64,000 nt of DNA, from NCBI RefSeq assembly GCF_018977255.1, contig NW_024704758.1, positions 9,114,001 through 9,178,000 of the forward strand, written 5' to 3'. Shown here piece after piece: positions 45,576 through 60,100 of this stretch (its first letter is position 1; every line of letters begins with the position of its first letter). Position numbers and translations under genes: made by a program. The DNA is from Callorhinchus milii (Eukaryota). The notes beneath the pieces are model-generated. The model was not told where the DNA came from. It was given only the letters and a program-made list of their open reading frames with translations, and ran no database searches.

Positions 45576-47829
45576 GGAATTAAGGTGGTTCTGTTCTGGT
45601 GATTTTTTAAAAATTGTTCACGAGCAGCACAAAAACTTTATCTTTATTGCTGTGTTATCTGTCAGCAGCCTCTTTGTGTGAAGCAAAATGTTTTGAATAT
45701 GTTCTGCAGTTTGACGGGAAGATCAGCCAGTTCATCTGAGCATCAGGATGTAAGCATGACAGGTGTAGAAATTTGCTGCCGTTTGGTGAATGCAAAAGAT
45801 GGAGAACAAGTTTTGCGGTTGTGGGAGTTTAAATAAAGACCTGCATATACTATGTTCACTGGTTTAGAAGAAAGAGAAATTTTGATGTGTTTTGGGATGT
45901 TTCTTCCCCAATTTTCTGCTGTATACAATTAGATGTGTTTGAATTGAGGAGATTGTGGCAACCCCCAGGTACCTTCCAGGCACGATCAGTTCAGTCAACA
46001 GATTTAAGAAAGCGTCGCGGTGTTTACACAAGATATAAATCAATGGAACGTGTTCATCTGGAAGCAGAGATACTGGCCTGGGTCGTGCTTGTAGAATTCC
46101 TGGAATTGATTCAGGAAAATTTTGACAGGTTTTTAGGTTTTAAGTGCTGCAGTCTGCCATTGACTTTCTCATTGATCTGTTCCAAGCTGACTTGAATCTC
46201 ATGCAGTGATTGAAACTGAAATTTTGGTGTTGGAAAGCATTGGTAGCTGAGAATGAAGACGTGAAAAAACACTTTAAATTGCATTATTTGACAGTGTTTG
46301 TGCTGTCGGGCTTTAGTTTCCAAAGATGCACTGCTCTGTTGTACCATTGTAAAAGCAAGGTGTTTTGTGTTTGCTTCTGCTCATCTCTGTAAGGCCTTTG
46401 TCTTCACTAAGGAACATTGTAAAGTCCATGCTGCTTTCTCACCTAAGAAACAAGCTACAGGTATCGCATGTTGTCATTTGCACTTGGCCAGGAAACTAGT
46501 GGATGGCATGAAATGTCAAACACCTTATTATGCACAATGTACATTTGTAAAACAACCATCTCTATTCATTAAATTGCCAGGGGCTTAGCATTCATTATGG
46601 TGCATTCGGTGTAATGTAACGTTATTTTTCCAGCACAAGCGAGTTAATTAAACTTGGAAACCAATGTCCTAGAACAATGTAGTCATAATTATCCTTTCAG
46701 TGAGAGAGCACCTTTATCACATCAGTGTCTCAAAACTCTTCACCCAATGAGCTACTTTAAAATGCTCCGACTGTTACATAGGCAAAAGTGGCAGCTGATC
46801 AATGTTGGCAACAGTCCACAAACAGTAATGAAGGGAAATGATCAAATTTAATCTGTGGTGAATTTGAATGAGGGTAAAGGCAGTCATCTACTGCATTGTA
46901 GTCTAGACAGCTTCAAGTGGGAGAAGAGACTTATTGTGCTCAATTGTCTCCATGTAATGAATCTATTGCTGCAGCCAAAGTACTATTCTCTATTTGCCAT
47001 AATCTAAAATGTGGCACAGGGAGGTGGGAAAGGATAATTGTTCTACTGAATGTACTGGTGATGCATTGCTTTAAAACATCTGTGAAAAAATGACACATTT
47101 ACGCATTGCACTCGTTATGTTCCTCTTTTGATAAGTCATTTTTCTCTAAAAAAAATTATTTTTGTCAGATTCTGCTTTCCAGTTGCCTTGATTTTTAAAT
47201 TCCAAACACTTAAACCCCACCAGGAACTGAATTGTTTGGTTGATAAAATTACTTCATAAAAGGCTGTTTGTCTTATCAACCATGAAAACATTTCTCAAAA
47301 ACTTCATTTGATCCATTAAAGTTTCTCAGTGTGACTTTTTGGGGGAAATTTAGGATGCATTTGTTTAGTCAAATTGTGTGCATCTGACACAATTACACAT
47401 GTGTATTTGTTGTGCGAAACCACTCAAATAGAATCAACACTTTTCACTCAACTTAAAAGTTTTTAACGTTATTTCAGGTTCACAGACTCATCTGTCTCTC
47501 TCTCTCCCATTCTCAATCCTCTCTGGACTTTTAACCCTTCCATTGGATTTTCTAAATCATCCCATGTTTACCTCCTAATAATAGTCACCTGCTTTAAATC
47601 TTAATTTATCCAACAGATTTTGTGCAGTACAGACTCCACGAACACATCAACACGGCGATCAGGAAATGTAATATAGTTTCTGTATCAATCTGAGATAATG
47701 CTTTGGCTTTGAACCTTTAAAATCATTGTTGTGCTATTCAGAGCCTTGGGACATCCTCCCGACGTGAAAGGCGCTATACAAATGTAATCTTGTTGTTGTT
47801 GTAGTTCTGCGATTCCATAGGAGTAGATA

Positions 47830-47987
47830 ATTATTTGGAGAGGATAAGTTTGCAGGGCTATGGGGTGGGAGTGGGGGAGTGGGATTGATTTGGACCGCTC
47901 TTTTCAAAGAGCCGTCACAGACACGATGGGCCGAATGGCCTCCTTGTGTGCTGTATGATTCTATGATTCTATGATATGATTCTATAG
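47830..47987 (+). mobile_element. CR1 LINE/SINE 3' end with (ATTCTATG)n terminal repeat
   Basis: gatgggccgaatggcctccttgtgtgctgtatgattctatgattctatg. The 8-nt terminal repeat is typical of CR1. A similar copy lies at 49150-49295. Confidence 0.85.
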
Positions 47988-50392
47988 TTACACACACTTT
48001 CATAGCAAAATCCTACAGCAAGCATGTGGGACAGAAGGTGCAATTTAATCATATCTAATTATTATGATAATGCACATTTTTTGTACTTTTTGTGCATACT
48101 TCAATTCCATTTAGCTTTGATAACTTTCAACAGATGATGTTGAAGACTGAAGTTGTTTTATCCTGAAGATTTTGAAGTAAAATGGGAGTCAATGCAGATG
48201 GTGCAATTTTGCATTTGAATCGAAGAAACCTCAAGCCGAAGAGACCACCTATGTTTCAGTTATACACACCACAGAGATGTGTGTTGTGATAGTGGCCATT
48301 CCCACTGTAACTGTTTAGATGTGGGTTGAACTGACAGTTGCCACAGGTGGGCAAAGATACACACATTGCGGTAAAAGTTACCTTGAGTTAAAGCGACTAC
48401 AGTATGATTGGATCATTTGTAGGCCATTAAAAGGAGCTGCATCCAACAATCTGTCAGGTGCATACTGTTTCGAGGTTTTGCTCTTTTGTTTTCATGAAAG
48501 GCTTTGTTGAGATGAACAAAAACTCTCTCATGTTAATACGAGGCCCCTCTCATCAGTAACACATTTGAATATGTGTGAGGGTGATAATGTGCGGTCCGAT
48601 GGGATTACTTGCTGTGGTTCTGACCACAATCTGAGGTTGAACACTGATGCCAACATCTGTTGGAGCTAAAGGGCTTCACATATCTGGGTCAAAAATAATA
48701 CCTAATTCTTATTCAATGCTTGAAAAAAGTTAACATATTTGAAAACATCTCTCACAGATCTCAAAGTCTTTGAAGACAAGGCAATGAAAAATAAACAAAA
48801 GTTTCAAGTGGTATGATAGGCAAGGAGGTGACTGGTGGAGTGACCATGAAAACCATATGGTGAGTTACAATTTTCTCCCAACTAACCCCAAAATGAGCCC
48901 AAAGATGTTACTGATTATTTATTTCACTGCTAAAACAACACTTGGCACTTATATAGCTCCTATCACGTAGGAGGGTGTTTCAAAGTGCCTCACAATGTCT
49001 TGAGTGGAAGCCTGAGCTAGGAGGGAGGTGGATAGCTGGGGAGAGGGTGGCTGAAGGCACTTTGAAAGGAAGGCTTTTAGGTATGAAAGCAGAGAGAGGG
49101 CGAATTGGATAATAGGTTTCAAGGAACGTTGAGACTCATCTTGATAATTATTTTGGGACGACAAGTTTGCAGGGCTACAGTGAGAGAGGGGGCTAGTGGG
49201 ATTGATCTGGATAGTTCTTGTCAAATAACTAGCACAGACACGATGGGCCGAATGGCCTCGTTCTGTGCTGCAAAATTCTACGATTCAATGATGCATCAAT
49301 GCCAAGATTCCATCCTGGTTCCATGAACTGCAATGAACAACTGGAGAGGTTAATTTGGTCAGCGCCCGAGGCTGAGGAGGCTTGGCAGGAGCTGAGCAGG
49401 ATAGCCTTTCATTCTTTGTTAATTTCTGCCAGAAGGCACATTAGCACAGAAGCAAAGCTACAGCCACTGAGATCCCACGGAACAAGAGTTGTGTTGGAGC
49501 GAGTTCCAAGGCTTAAGTGTAAAGGATTCAGAAGATGCCATAATCTGTAAGATTGCATCTAATATTTTTTAAGAGTGGGTACAGGGCTGCTTTATTGTCC
49601 ACTGTATCGAGGTAGAAAATGTCAGAAACAATTCTCGTTTATTTTCCTTCCTCTTGTTGCAGGACCCTGGTGACCCAGCTAACCTGTTCATTTCACAATA
49701 ACCACTCAATAATTAGCCAAAGGGGTCGCCAATTGAGCAGTGAACTGGAATAGCCACTAACCGTGGGTGCTCCGTCTAGTGGCCAAGTCACAAATTTCCT
49801 CATTTAGATTCTACCAATTATCTGTCCCTTCGAGTAACTTTGAATGGTGTGTTTTTACTGCCAGGAGCAATGTGACCCTCTAGTACATGGCTGGGAGAGT
49901 GAAGTATTGTTGGAGGTGCAATGTGAGATGTCTATTCAGGTGGACATTAAAGATCCCATTGGCACTATTCAAACAGAGAAGGGAGTTTCTCCTGGCGTGC
50001 TGACTAACAGTGATCTCTGGTTAAAAAAAATCTTCATGTTCTTAGGTTAAACCACATGGTGGCAATCTTGCGTTACCTAGAAAAGTGGACTGAATGCATT
50101 GATCTATCAATGAGAGAGCACACCGGTTGAGACTCTGAGTTAAATTTCCAGCTACTTTACTAGCCGGATGCTTTGACATCTTAAGATGTAAGCAGGGGAA
50201 AAAAATAATTGGAGCACCTGCATTTCTGTTGAATAATAATAATAATCCTTGCATTTGATATAGCGCCTTATCATGTTGTTGAGATGTCTCAAAGTGCTTC
50301 ACAGAATATACTATGTACAGAATATATTGTAAAGTGGATTGACTGTATTTTGATTGACTTTGAAGTTGCATTGCTGCATAATTAAACAGCAT

Positions 50393-50896
50393 CCTCAAAG
50401 AGCTGAAGGAGAATTCACAAGGATGATCCCAGAACTGAATGGTTATACCTATCAGGAAAGGCTAAATATGCTTGGACTCTTCTCTTGAAAAGAGGAAGGT
50501 AAGAGGTGAACTGAGAGAGGTCTTTAAAATTATGAAAGGTTTTGAAAGGGTAGACATAGGGAAGATGTTTCTACTTGTGGGGGAGACCAAAAACTAGGGG
50601 CCATCAATATAAAATAGTTACAAGTAGATTAAATAGGAAGTTAGAAGAAATTTCTTTACACAGAGAGTAGTGGGAATGTGGAACATACTACCAAGGAGTT
50701 GTTGAGGCAAATAGTATAGATGTATTTAAGGGAAAGCTAGATAAATACATGAGGGAGAAAGGAATAGAAGGTTATGCTTGAAGGCTTAGTTGAGGAAGGG
50801 CAGAAGGAGGCTCATGTGGAGCATAAACACTGACATTGACCAGTTGGGCCAAATGGCCTGTTTCTGTGCTGTATATTCTAATGTGTTCTAATGTAA
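50393..50896 (+). mobile_element. CR1 LINE ORF2 C-terminal fragment plus 3' UTR, decayed
   Basis: Decayed frames give RRFTRMIPELNGYTYQERLNMLGLFS..RGELREVFKIMKGF and FFTQRVVGMWN. The CR1 tail ttgggccaaatggcctgtttctgtgctgta follows. Confidence 0.88.
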
Positions 50897-51057
50897 GAAC
50901 CATATCTGTGAAGAAAAAGATTGTTTCCTGTACTGTCCACTGTTAAGATGTTTAACATCTTGTCAAAGGAGCTTTATTTTGGCTTGTGAGATAAGGGATA
51001 GTTTTTCGTGCCAAAGTTTGTGCTAATCCTTTCACGGAGTCTTATTTTACCCAAGCA

Positions 51058-51356
51058 GCTTTATAGCGCTTTTCACGTCGGGAGGACGTCCCAAAGCGCT
51101 TCACAGAACACACTGTAAAGTGAATTGACTGTATATTTGTGGGAGAACGCGGCAGCCAATTGCGCACAGCAATGTCCCACAAACAGTCGTACATTGAAAA
51201 TGACCAATTTATTATTGTTTTTGGTTTTGGAAGGATTATTATTAGGCTCTGTGTGGAGTAAGGAAACTTGCCCAAGGTTTCGCCCTGTCTGGAAATGAAC
51301 TCAGGTCTCTCACTTGCAAAGCGAGTGCTCTAACCACTGAGCTACAGGACTCCACG
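51058..51356 (-). mobile_element. Full-length tRNA-SINE abutting an older SINE tail (51360-51480)
   Basis: Reverse complement of the 8795-type element, with head gagctacaggactccac at 51340-51355. Confidence 0.92.
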
Positions 51357-53807
51357 AGAAATAACAACAATAATAATCCTTCATTTAATATAGTGCCTTA
51401 TGATGTCTTTGAGATGTCTCAAAGTGATTCGCAGAATGTATTGTAAAGTGCATTGACTGTGTGTTTTGTGGGTGAAACACACTTGTTAGTTTTTGGCCAA
51501 TCAATTTTAAGGCATTACAATCAGTTTAGTCCCTGGATCACATCAGGGCCAAGATCAGACACAAAAGAATCATTCATCGAGGTGAAGAAAATTTTTGAAA
51601 ATGATTTGCTTTGAATCTTAAGTGTTTATTTCTGTAGTTGGAAATAAAATTGTCCTTTTAATATTACTGATCTTAAAATCTGTGGTGTAACAAAGTGAGC
51701 TAACTTATGGTTAAATCTGTTCCAAGGACTTTTAATACTCTATCTTTCAGCTCTTCAGAAATATATATGGAAATGATTTCTATTGGTAGAAAGTGCCTGT
51801 GTTTGCCTTATCAGTGAGAGCAGAGAGTGTGCTTAACATGCAGTGATTGAGTGAATTATTTTTCACCGACTGCTTTCAGAACACAATGACCACTTGAAGT
51901 TATGTTTACAGTAGCGATTGATAGTTTAGTAACTTTTAGCATTACTTTTAGGAATATTTTCTGCAAGTGGTATTTCCTTTGTGGGTTGTTGGTCAGTGTT
52001 ACAGGACTGATTAACCTTTTGTTGAAAGACTGAGATGGTTAAAAATCCCCCTGGAATAGAGCATTTAAGGGTGTAATTGCACTATGTAGTGGGGATGGTT
52101 CTACAGAACCTGTGTGGAGCTCACCATCAATTTTCTTTTCCCATTTTCCCTTCTCTTCTTCTCCTCCTCCTTCACCTCTTAACTATGTCCTCATCAATGT
52201 GCACCTTTTCCAGCAAGGATCTCTGTACAGCAATCGAAAGAGAAATCCTGGCTGAATTTCTCCTCTATTGACCCAGCTCTTATTGACGGTCAGTTACCTG
52301 TCAATTGAAACCTACAACCTTCTTGTCTGCATGGCCTACTACTGCACCAGTTGTGCTGTTACCTTGTAGGCCATCTGGTGAAGCACAAGGATGCTAAATC
52401 ATTGTAAACTAATAGCATTTCTGAAATTGACCACCCATCTGCTGCTGAGTTCATTCAGAAAAGTAATGCTCTGTATAATGCTCACTCTCTTTCTTTGATA
52501 CCTTTCCTCCCTCACTCTCCTGACCATAATGACTTTTGTATGTCTTAGATTGTCCAGTGCCTCAGGCCCTCCTCTGATGTGAAAGGCGTTATATAAATGT
52601 AAATTTGTGTTGTATTGTATGTCCAACAGGAAGCCCTCTGCATCTTGCTCAAATGATAATTCCTTGTGTTTAACTTTAGGGTGTGAGTGATGGTCATATT
52701 TCAGGAAGAGGGTATAAGTTGACCCGGTGTTTGTCTTAGGCATCCACACGTACAGGCTTTCTGCCATTGTAGAATTATTTTTCTATTTTCCCATTGTTTC
52801 TAAGTTTCAGGTCACTAAATTCAAATTTAGCTACTCATGACCTGAAATTTCATCCGTAAAACTACTTCGTCTTATATAGATTCATAGCAGTAGATTTGTA
52901 AAATAATGACTAAATTTGGCATTAATATAGAGGCTATTCCTATTTCAGAACTGCCAAAAACTGGCTCTCAAATTAAGACAAAATGTAAGAGCCCCCACAC
53001 AAAGAAGGTTTAAGTATATAAAGTTAAATCAGCTTTACCAATGAAGTCCCTCTTGAACACCTAAATTGAAATGCAACTGCACAGGTTCATGGTCATTGTT
53101 ATGACAACAGATTATATCTTCCCTTTTAAATAATGGGGACAATTAAACCACTGGTTTGCTATGGCATGCCCCACACCCCACTCCTCCCATTTTGAGCTGG
53201 AAAGATCCTGACATCGTCTGTGCTTTTCTATGTATTGAGTTAAGATAGTCATTCGACCTAAGTAGCTGTCAGGTCTTCTGCAGTTCTCAGCCCTAGTTAG
53301 CCCAGGGGGTAGAAAAAAATAGAATCCTCTGCAGGAGTGCAAATGGAGCTTCTGCGGATGGCAAAACTGACCAAGGAATGCATAACTGCTCACTGCGAGT
53401 TTTAAAACCCAAGTAGCAGTGGAAGACTAGATTAGAAGGGACACTAAGAGTTATTGGCTGCCTGCTTCAGGGAAGATTATTGTGTTTTGCTGCACTCTTT
53501 TGAACATTTTACTCTGCTGTGGATTTATAATAATAATAAATAATAACCCTTGCATTTGACATAGCGCGTTTTTTACATCTTCTGGACGTCTCAAAGCACT
53601 TCACAGAATATACTGTAAAGTGAATTTATTCCACAGGGTCCATTCTCTGACACTTCAGCCACAAGCCACATTTGGTGTCAGTGATGAGAGAAGTGAAGGA
53701 GGTCCTCACTCAATCATTACAGGGCAGTCGTATGGCATAAAATATCAGTAATAGCAAAGTGTTGAAAAATTCACTTTAAAATATATTACTTGTCCTTTAT
53801 CCATTTC

Positions 53808-54140
53808 ACACAACAACAAACTTGCACTTATATAGTGCCCTTCACGCAGTGTAGAGTCTCAGAGTGCTTAACAGTGGCAGAGCCTGATTCCGAGCCGGAG
53901 TGGAGTGTGGGGAGGTTACTGTAAGCAAGGCCGAAAAGGAAGGTTTTCAGGCCGGACGAGAAAAAGGGGAGAGAAGGGGCAAGGCAGAGGGATTGAGGGA
54001 GAGTGTTCCAGAGTTTTGGGGCGCAGTGGCTGAAAGCCCGACCTCAAATGGTGGAGAGGAGGGTGCGATGGACGAGCAGGAGACCGGTGCCAGTCGAGCG
54101 GAGGTGCCGGGTGGTGGATTGGGGAGTGAGAAGACGTGGT
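53808..54140 (-). mobile_element. L2 LINE 3' fragment
   Basis: RHLRSTGTGLLLVHRTLLSTI plus a GRAFSH.APKLWN.LP-like frame, and an (AAC)n tail. Confidence 0.88.
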
Positions 54141-57100
54141 AATAACTGCAGTAAGATTTCTACCGCAAGGCATGGTGTGCCTTCTAGCCGTGATGGGTCC
54201 AGGTTTCTCCCTTGAGCACGTGACAAAGATTGAACACCAACCGCTCGGTGAGCCTGTTCCTGCGGATCAACCGGGACAACCCGCTCACATTCAGAAAAGT
54301 TTGTGGGTGGAGGTTGTCCACCCCGGGCTTGCTACCAATTAAGCAAGGAGGGTAGAAAAGCCATGCTACAGGAAATGAAAATGATGGCAATGTGTTGTGG
54401 AACTTTTGACAGTATTTGTGGGTGAATAATCGACGGTACTTATAAGAGCATTGGTGGGTCAATAGAAAAAGCTTAAAGGTCCCATAATTCAAGTCTGCCA
54501 AGTGGCAATTTGAAGATCGGCAGTTTAGTGATGAGCACAAGAATACTAATACGCAGCTCTGAATATTGGTTCTGCCATCTGTGCCTTGTATTGTAAAGCG
54601 CTTCCCAATACCATTTGTGAACCACTCGTGTCAGCAGAAAATCCACAAGTGGAGCAGATGGGAAAATTCCTCAAAGAAAATCTGGCCACTGAAAATCTGC
54701 ATTTGATTCAGATCTGCAAAAACTGGATAAATAGCAGCTCAAGAAGACAAAGTACATAAAACTTAAACACAAGGCTTTCTGTACATTCAGGTATATTGAA
54801 ACCTTGCAGATGACTGTTTTTTCTGGATTTGATGGTTGTAAATTGGAGAAATACACTTTCCATTCCAAGTTGAGGGGCAAGAGCAGTTTTTAAGTTGATT
54901 ATAGCAAGTGTGGATACTGGTACTAATTTGGTAATTTTCTTATGTGTGAATGTAATCAGTGAATAATAATAACAATAATAATCCTTGCATTTAATATAGC
55001 GCTTTATCACAATATTAAGCTCATTCACTTTTCCTTTCTCCTGTGCTTACCAGTTGTTGAAATGTAACTTTTCCAGAATTTAATTGCTTATCAGCAGAAA
55101 TGGGCTTTTCTTATTCTTATTTTTGTTTGTTCTTATTGTGTTCAGCTTGAATCCTAACGTTGTATTGGAGAGGCAACTGCAACTCATAAGTGTCAAATCT
55201 GTCTCCTGACTGAAAAATCCTATAAAACCATCTCCACGAAGGGGCAGATGTAAAAGATTGATTTTTATTCCTTTTCCAGTATCTGTTTTCTCTGCTCAGT
55301 AAATGTAAAGTGCAGTAAATTGGGGCTGTACTTTGGCAGATAACACTTCATGGTCTGGCTACTAATGCAGTGTCTCCATCACCTGGAGTTCGCAATTTTC
55401 AGAGCCCTGGAAATAGATTCAAAAAGGAATAAAAATATAATGATTTCATATTCTTATCCTGGGGAATTTGAAAAGGAATACAATATTCTTTCACAACGAT
55501 TTCACATTCTCATTCTGCAGATCCAGAGTCAAAGAGGCTCAGTCATCTGTTGTGAAAAAAAACCTTTGAGGAAAGTTAAAATTGAGCCTTCCTATAGCTG
55601 CAGAATCATCTAAAATATTGCCTTTGTAGAATTTGGGGACAAAAAATCCATCTGATTAAACTGAATTGCCCTTTAATAAAAAAGACGCACTTTGATCTTT
55701 CTGAATCATTGGGTCTTTACTGTTTGAAGATGCATTGCGTAGTATTAACAGTAAAACAGCTGTTAATGAATGATGTGAGTTTAAAGGGAAGGGGGGAATT
55801 GGGGTTGTCATTGTCAGGAAGCAAGAGGATTCACTCTGATAGCACTTTGACAGCCATTGAGGGGAGCAGCAGGAACTTGGTGAAAATATACCGAAAGACA
55901 AAGAAAGATAATACTGTGGATAAAACGCACAGAATTAGGTCAGAATCAAGCAACTAAGAGAGGAAGGAAGGAAGGAACGTGTAGGATAGAAATGGTAGTG
56001 CAGAAATAATTGTTTTCAGTGGAAATAGTTTTAGAAGTGCAGAACCAAATGCAGCTTTCAGAGGTGTAGAAAGGGAGAAGGGGAGGAATAAAAACAGTGG
56101 TATTTTTGCGGACCGGGTTGTCTGGAAAAGGACAAGCAGAGTTTTGATCCAATTTCAGAACGTTGGTTCAAATCACCGCCGTTCCAAACCTCATTAGCAA
56201 GCTTTCCGGATCTGTGTTTTTGTGTAGATCAGAACCCTTCAGGCTCTGAAGCTTGTTGTTTTGTTTCAAAGTCAGAGGATTCTCTTATGTAAAAGAACTT
56301 GAAGGAATCTGGATATATAAAGGATGCTCAATTTAACGTTTTTTTTGACTATGAAGATAAAAGACAATTTTGCCAACCTCGAGTCCTTTCAAGTTCACTC
56401 GTTTAAAAACTCAAATCATTCATAAATTCACAATCGGACAAAAGATTCTCTGCATAAACTTATGCTGATGGTGAGTTATGCCTTCAGTATGAAAGGTGGC
56501 CTTTTTTTTCTTTCGCGGGGGCGGGGGGGTGGTGGAGGAAAAAAAAGTTAATTGTATTTTTTTATTACTTGCCAACCAATTTCTGGAATTACGGAAAGGA
56601 AGTAGGAAGGTTAGAGGTTCCGTTTGAAACATCTAAGACTTTTAAAGCTCATTAATGAAAATAAATGCAAATGGTAAGACTGCATTGTATTATAGTTGGG
56701 GCCATTGAGCTGCTTCCAACCCTTGACTCTGGAACAATTTCCCTCATTCTCTCCGCCTTCCCCCTCCTTCCCCATCTTCAGGTTGCGCCTGTCATGTGAT
56801 AAAGCTGGTGTTTGTGATCTGTCAGCCACAAACCTTCAATATCAATGTCTGAAAGCCAGCTGCTTATGGCTGCTGCCTGGCGTCTGTTGCATTTTTATGC
56901 TATTTACTTGAATTTAATTTAATAAAATAATGTGCTAAACATCCGATTGTGGCAGGCTACTGCTGACCTTGGTTGGTTAATAGAAATGAACAGAGAAGTG
57001 GATATCCTGAATATGTGGCTTACAGTAGAGTGGGTAATCACTGAATCAACCTAAATAGGCTTTGTGCAGCAAGAGAGCTATTAATTTTGTGTGGAAACAT

Positions 57101-60100
57101 CAAGGTACTAAACTCATGTTTGTTGTTTCATTAAAGATTACATTTGGTGCTTCTGCTGCTATTCATTGATGTTTGCTGTGAATTTCTTTGGAACTTTATT
57201 ACCTTCAATAGAGTGTTTGGTAAACCTTTCTTTTCTGTTATTGGATGAGCGCAGAGATGCATTAAAAACACATCTGTGCCACAAAAATCTCTTCGCAGTG
57301 AAAATGATGTGTCTCCCTTGTGCCTTTCCAATCGAGACACAGGCTCTCTCTTTGAGTAGAGGCAACAAAGTGAGAAGTGCCCTAAAATCTTGGAAGCCAA
57401 TCTGAAGCAAATAACCTGTGTTTAGTTTTCTGTCTAATTCATTCATTTCAGTTCACTTACTTGAAGCGCCACTGCCAATGTGAATCTCTGCTGATGTGGT
57501 TTGTGTGATTAGTTAAGAGGGGCAATGCATTTGGGGGGAAAAGAGTGGCAATATGTAGCTCACTGTCCTGTTGAGCTTTTGACTGTTTGACTGTGCTTTT
57601 GGTCAGCTTTCCCTTCCCCACCCTCTTCAGCTCCCACCCCCCTACTCGGGTGCCCAGTCAGCAGTGTTTGAGATGCCCTCCCAACCTGGAAGGTGCCAAT
57701 ATAAATGAATAAATTATACAAATGTATTGAAAGCATTCTGCATCTTTGCTCAATGCAGATACTCACCTCCCTGAATTTGAGTTGTGAGCTGTAGATGTTA
57801 ATACCTATAAACTATGGACCTAAGCCTTTTGGATGCCAATAAGATGTCAACAGCAAATTATCCCATGGAAATTTTACCATTCATTTTCGTTGCACAATTT
57901 ACAACTTCCTGAAATAATTAAATGACAACGGTGAGTATTAGCGTTCTTTTATAATAACCAAAGGCTGAAAAGTAAAACATTTAATTCCTATGTTTACTCT
58001 TTATTTTTAAGCAATAGATATCACTACTTGTTTGGTGGCATTAGTTAATAAGCAGAACATCTCACCAGGAACAGAGACTTCAGGATGTTCTTTTACCTAA
58101 TGATCAAACCTCAGTCGGGTCATCACCTCTGGTGAAGTGACGTTTTTGTACTCACTACCAATGAGTTTACTTGAGGTGAATCTGAAAGACCTTTACGACG
58201 CTGAGGGAGAAAATGTCATTGAAATGCCTTGAAAATGATATGGCAATTGATCCATGCATTGTTGGATCTTGCAGCACTAACCTGGAATAAAACAAAATTA
58301 TTTCAACTTGAAAGAATGTCAGAATATATAATTTTCCTAAATGCACTTCAACATGAAGCATGTAATACAATCACCTGCAATGCTTTGAATCAAAGGGAAA
58401 CACAAATTCAAAGGCTTATATCAACGATATGCATTATCAGCTCAACTATAGTTAAATTTATAAATAGAATTATGGCAAAATATTGTATTTTATTGTTCCT
58501 GAGCATAGTCTTCATGACAGTACATTAAACACATTTGACATTTTACTTTGCCTGCAGACATCTTTTGTTCCTAGATGATTACTGTATTGCCTTTTGCTTT
58601 GGCAGCTTTTTAAAACTTGCAATTGAACTGGGTGAAGACGATTTAGTCTGATAGTTTTTTGTAAATATCCTTATGAAGTACTGGTATCAGCCAGTAATTT
58701 CAGAGATGGGGTTGGGAAGTAATTCTTTTAATTTTTCCTTTAGAGCTAGGCGTTTGAATCACTTTTTGGATTTATTGTACTCCCTTTAATAAGCAGGCAC
58801 GTAAAGTCTATTTTAGTTATGGTTCTTCAAATGCTAAGTGAACCTGCAAAGTCCTCTAGTTTGTGGTGAATTTCCAAATTCTCTACTCTTATTGACTGAG
58901 TAGCAACAAATGAGAGGGCATCTTCAGTGATTATTTCACGGACCAGAGTATGTGAATGAGCAGAATGACCATGGTTTTAAAAAGTCCACTGATTCACCTG
59001 TGCATGTGGGTATTTGGACAATGCTGATATCATATGCTCCGAGGTGCTACCCAGTGTGAAAGACAAGTTGAAGGTTTGTTGAAATGGGATCTTTAACATC
59101 CACTTTAACAGGCGAGTGGGAATTTGATTTAACATCTCATTTGAAGGACAAAGAGTCAGCAAGCTTGGTCTCTAGATTGAATAAAGTGTGCTGCATTATT
59201 CCGGAACAGATATATAATGCAAATGCTTTATTATTCCCTTCTTTGATATATGCTTAAAGCTGAAGGAAAATGTCAGTTCTACTGAAACATTGTTGATGTC
59301 TGTAGAAATACCTTTTTTATCACTTTTTCAATATTGGCAGAAAACGCTTTCCATTATTTTGAGAAAGAATCCTGAAATAACACCATTCACACAGACAGAC
59401 ATTTGTGTACTTAACTCCATGTCTTGTGGCTGAGTGTGAAACAATGATGAAATAAGCCACTGTGCAGCGCTGTGAGACGTTATTATGTGTGAAAGGCAAG
59501 TCGTATAAGTGCAAGTTGTTGACATCAAAGGCAAGAGGAAGTCAGTCCATTGCCAAAAAAAATCCTCTACCAGTTGAATGTAGTTTTAGAGCAATAAAAA
59601 CTTGAGAGAAAAATGGACCAAAACCCTTTCTTTATCTTTATAGGCGATAGATAAGAATTTATTTTGTTCAAGTCAAGAGAAGTCTAAATCATTTCAAGGG
59701 CTCCTTTGTTAGAAGGAAAAAAGGTGACTAGCATCCTGCAGTATACTCGAGCTTCCAGTACTTCAGTCTTTATTACATTTTTATTGGGTTTCTAGTGCAA
59801 TTTCTGTTTTGCATATATAAATATTTTTAAAAAGTTAGTCTAAAGCAATAATGACATATTTTGAACATACAGCCTCACTTCCTCTTGGTGATTAGCTTCT
59901 GAATCAAGCTCCTGAGGAAAGCTGGTTAAGCCCACAGCCCAACAATTTTAGTTATTAAATGTTGTGTTGGATGGAGTCCTTCTCGGCAATAGGTGTAATG
60001 TTGAGCATTCGAGAAGCAAAGTATTCCCAGCTTAAAGTCAGTGAAGTGCTGCAAATGTGAAATAAAACTAGCAATACTGGAAATTCACAACATTTCAATC

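Noticed and set aside
2445-59464. Perfect RSS heptamers CACAGTG/CACTGTG (2445, 7147, 16300, 20697, 27023, 27827, 29222, 38847, 39125, 59458) as RSS or RAG-transposon TIR relics
   Set aside because: Where I checked, no ACAAAAACC-like nonamer lies at 12- or 23-nt spacing. About ten hits is near chance for 64 kb, and the 20697 hit is inside a SINE.
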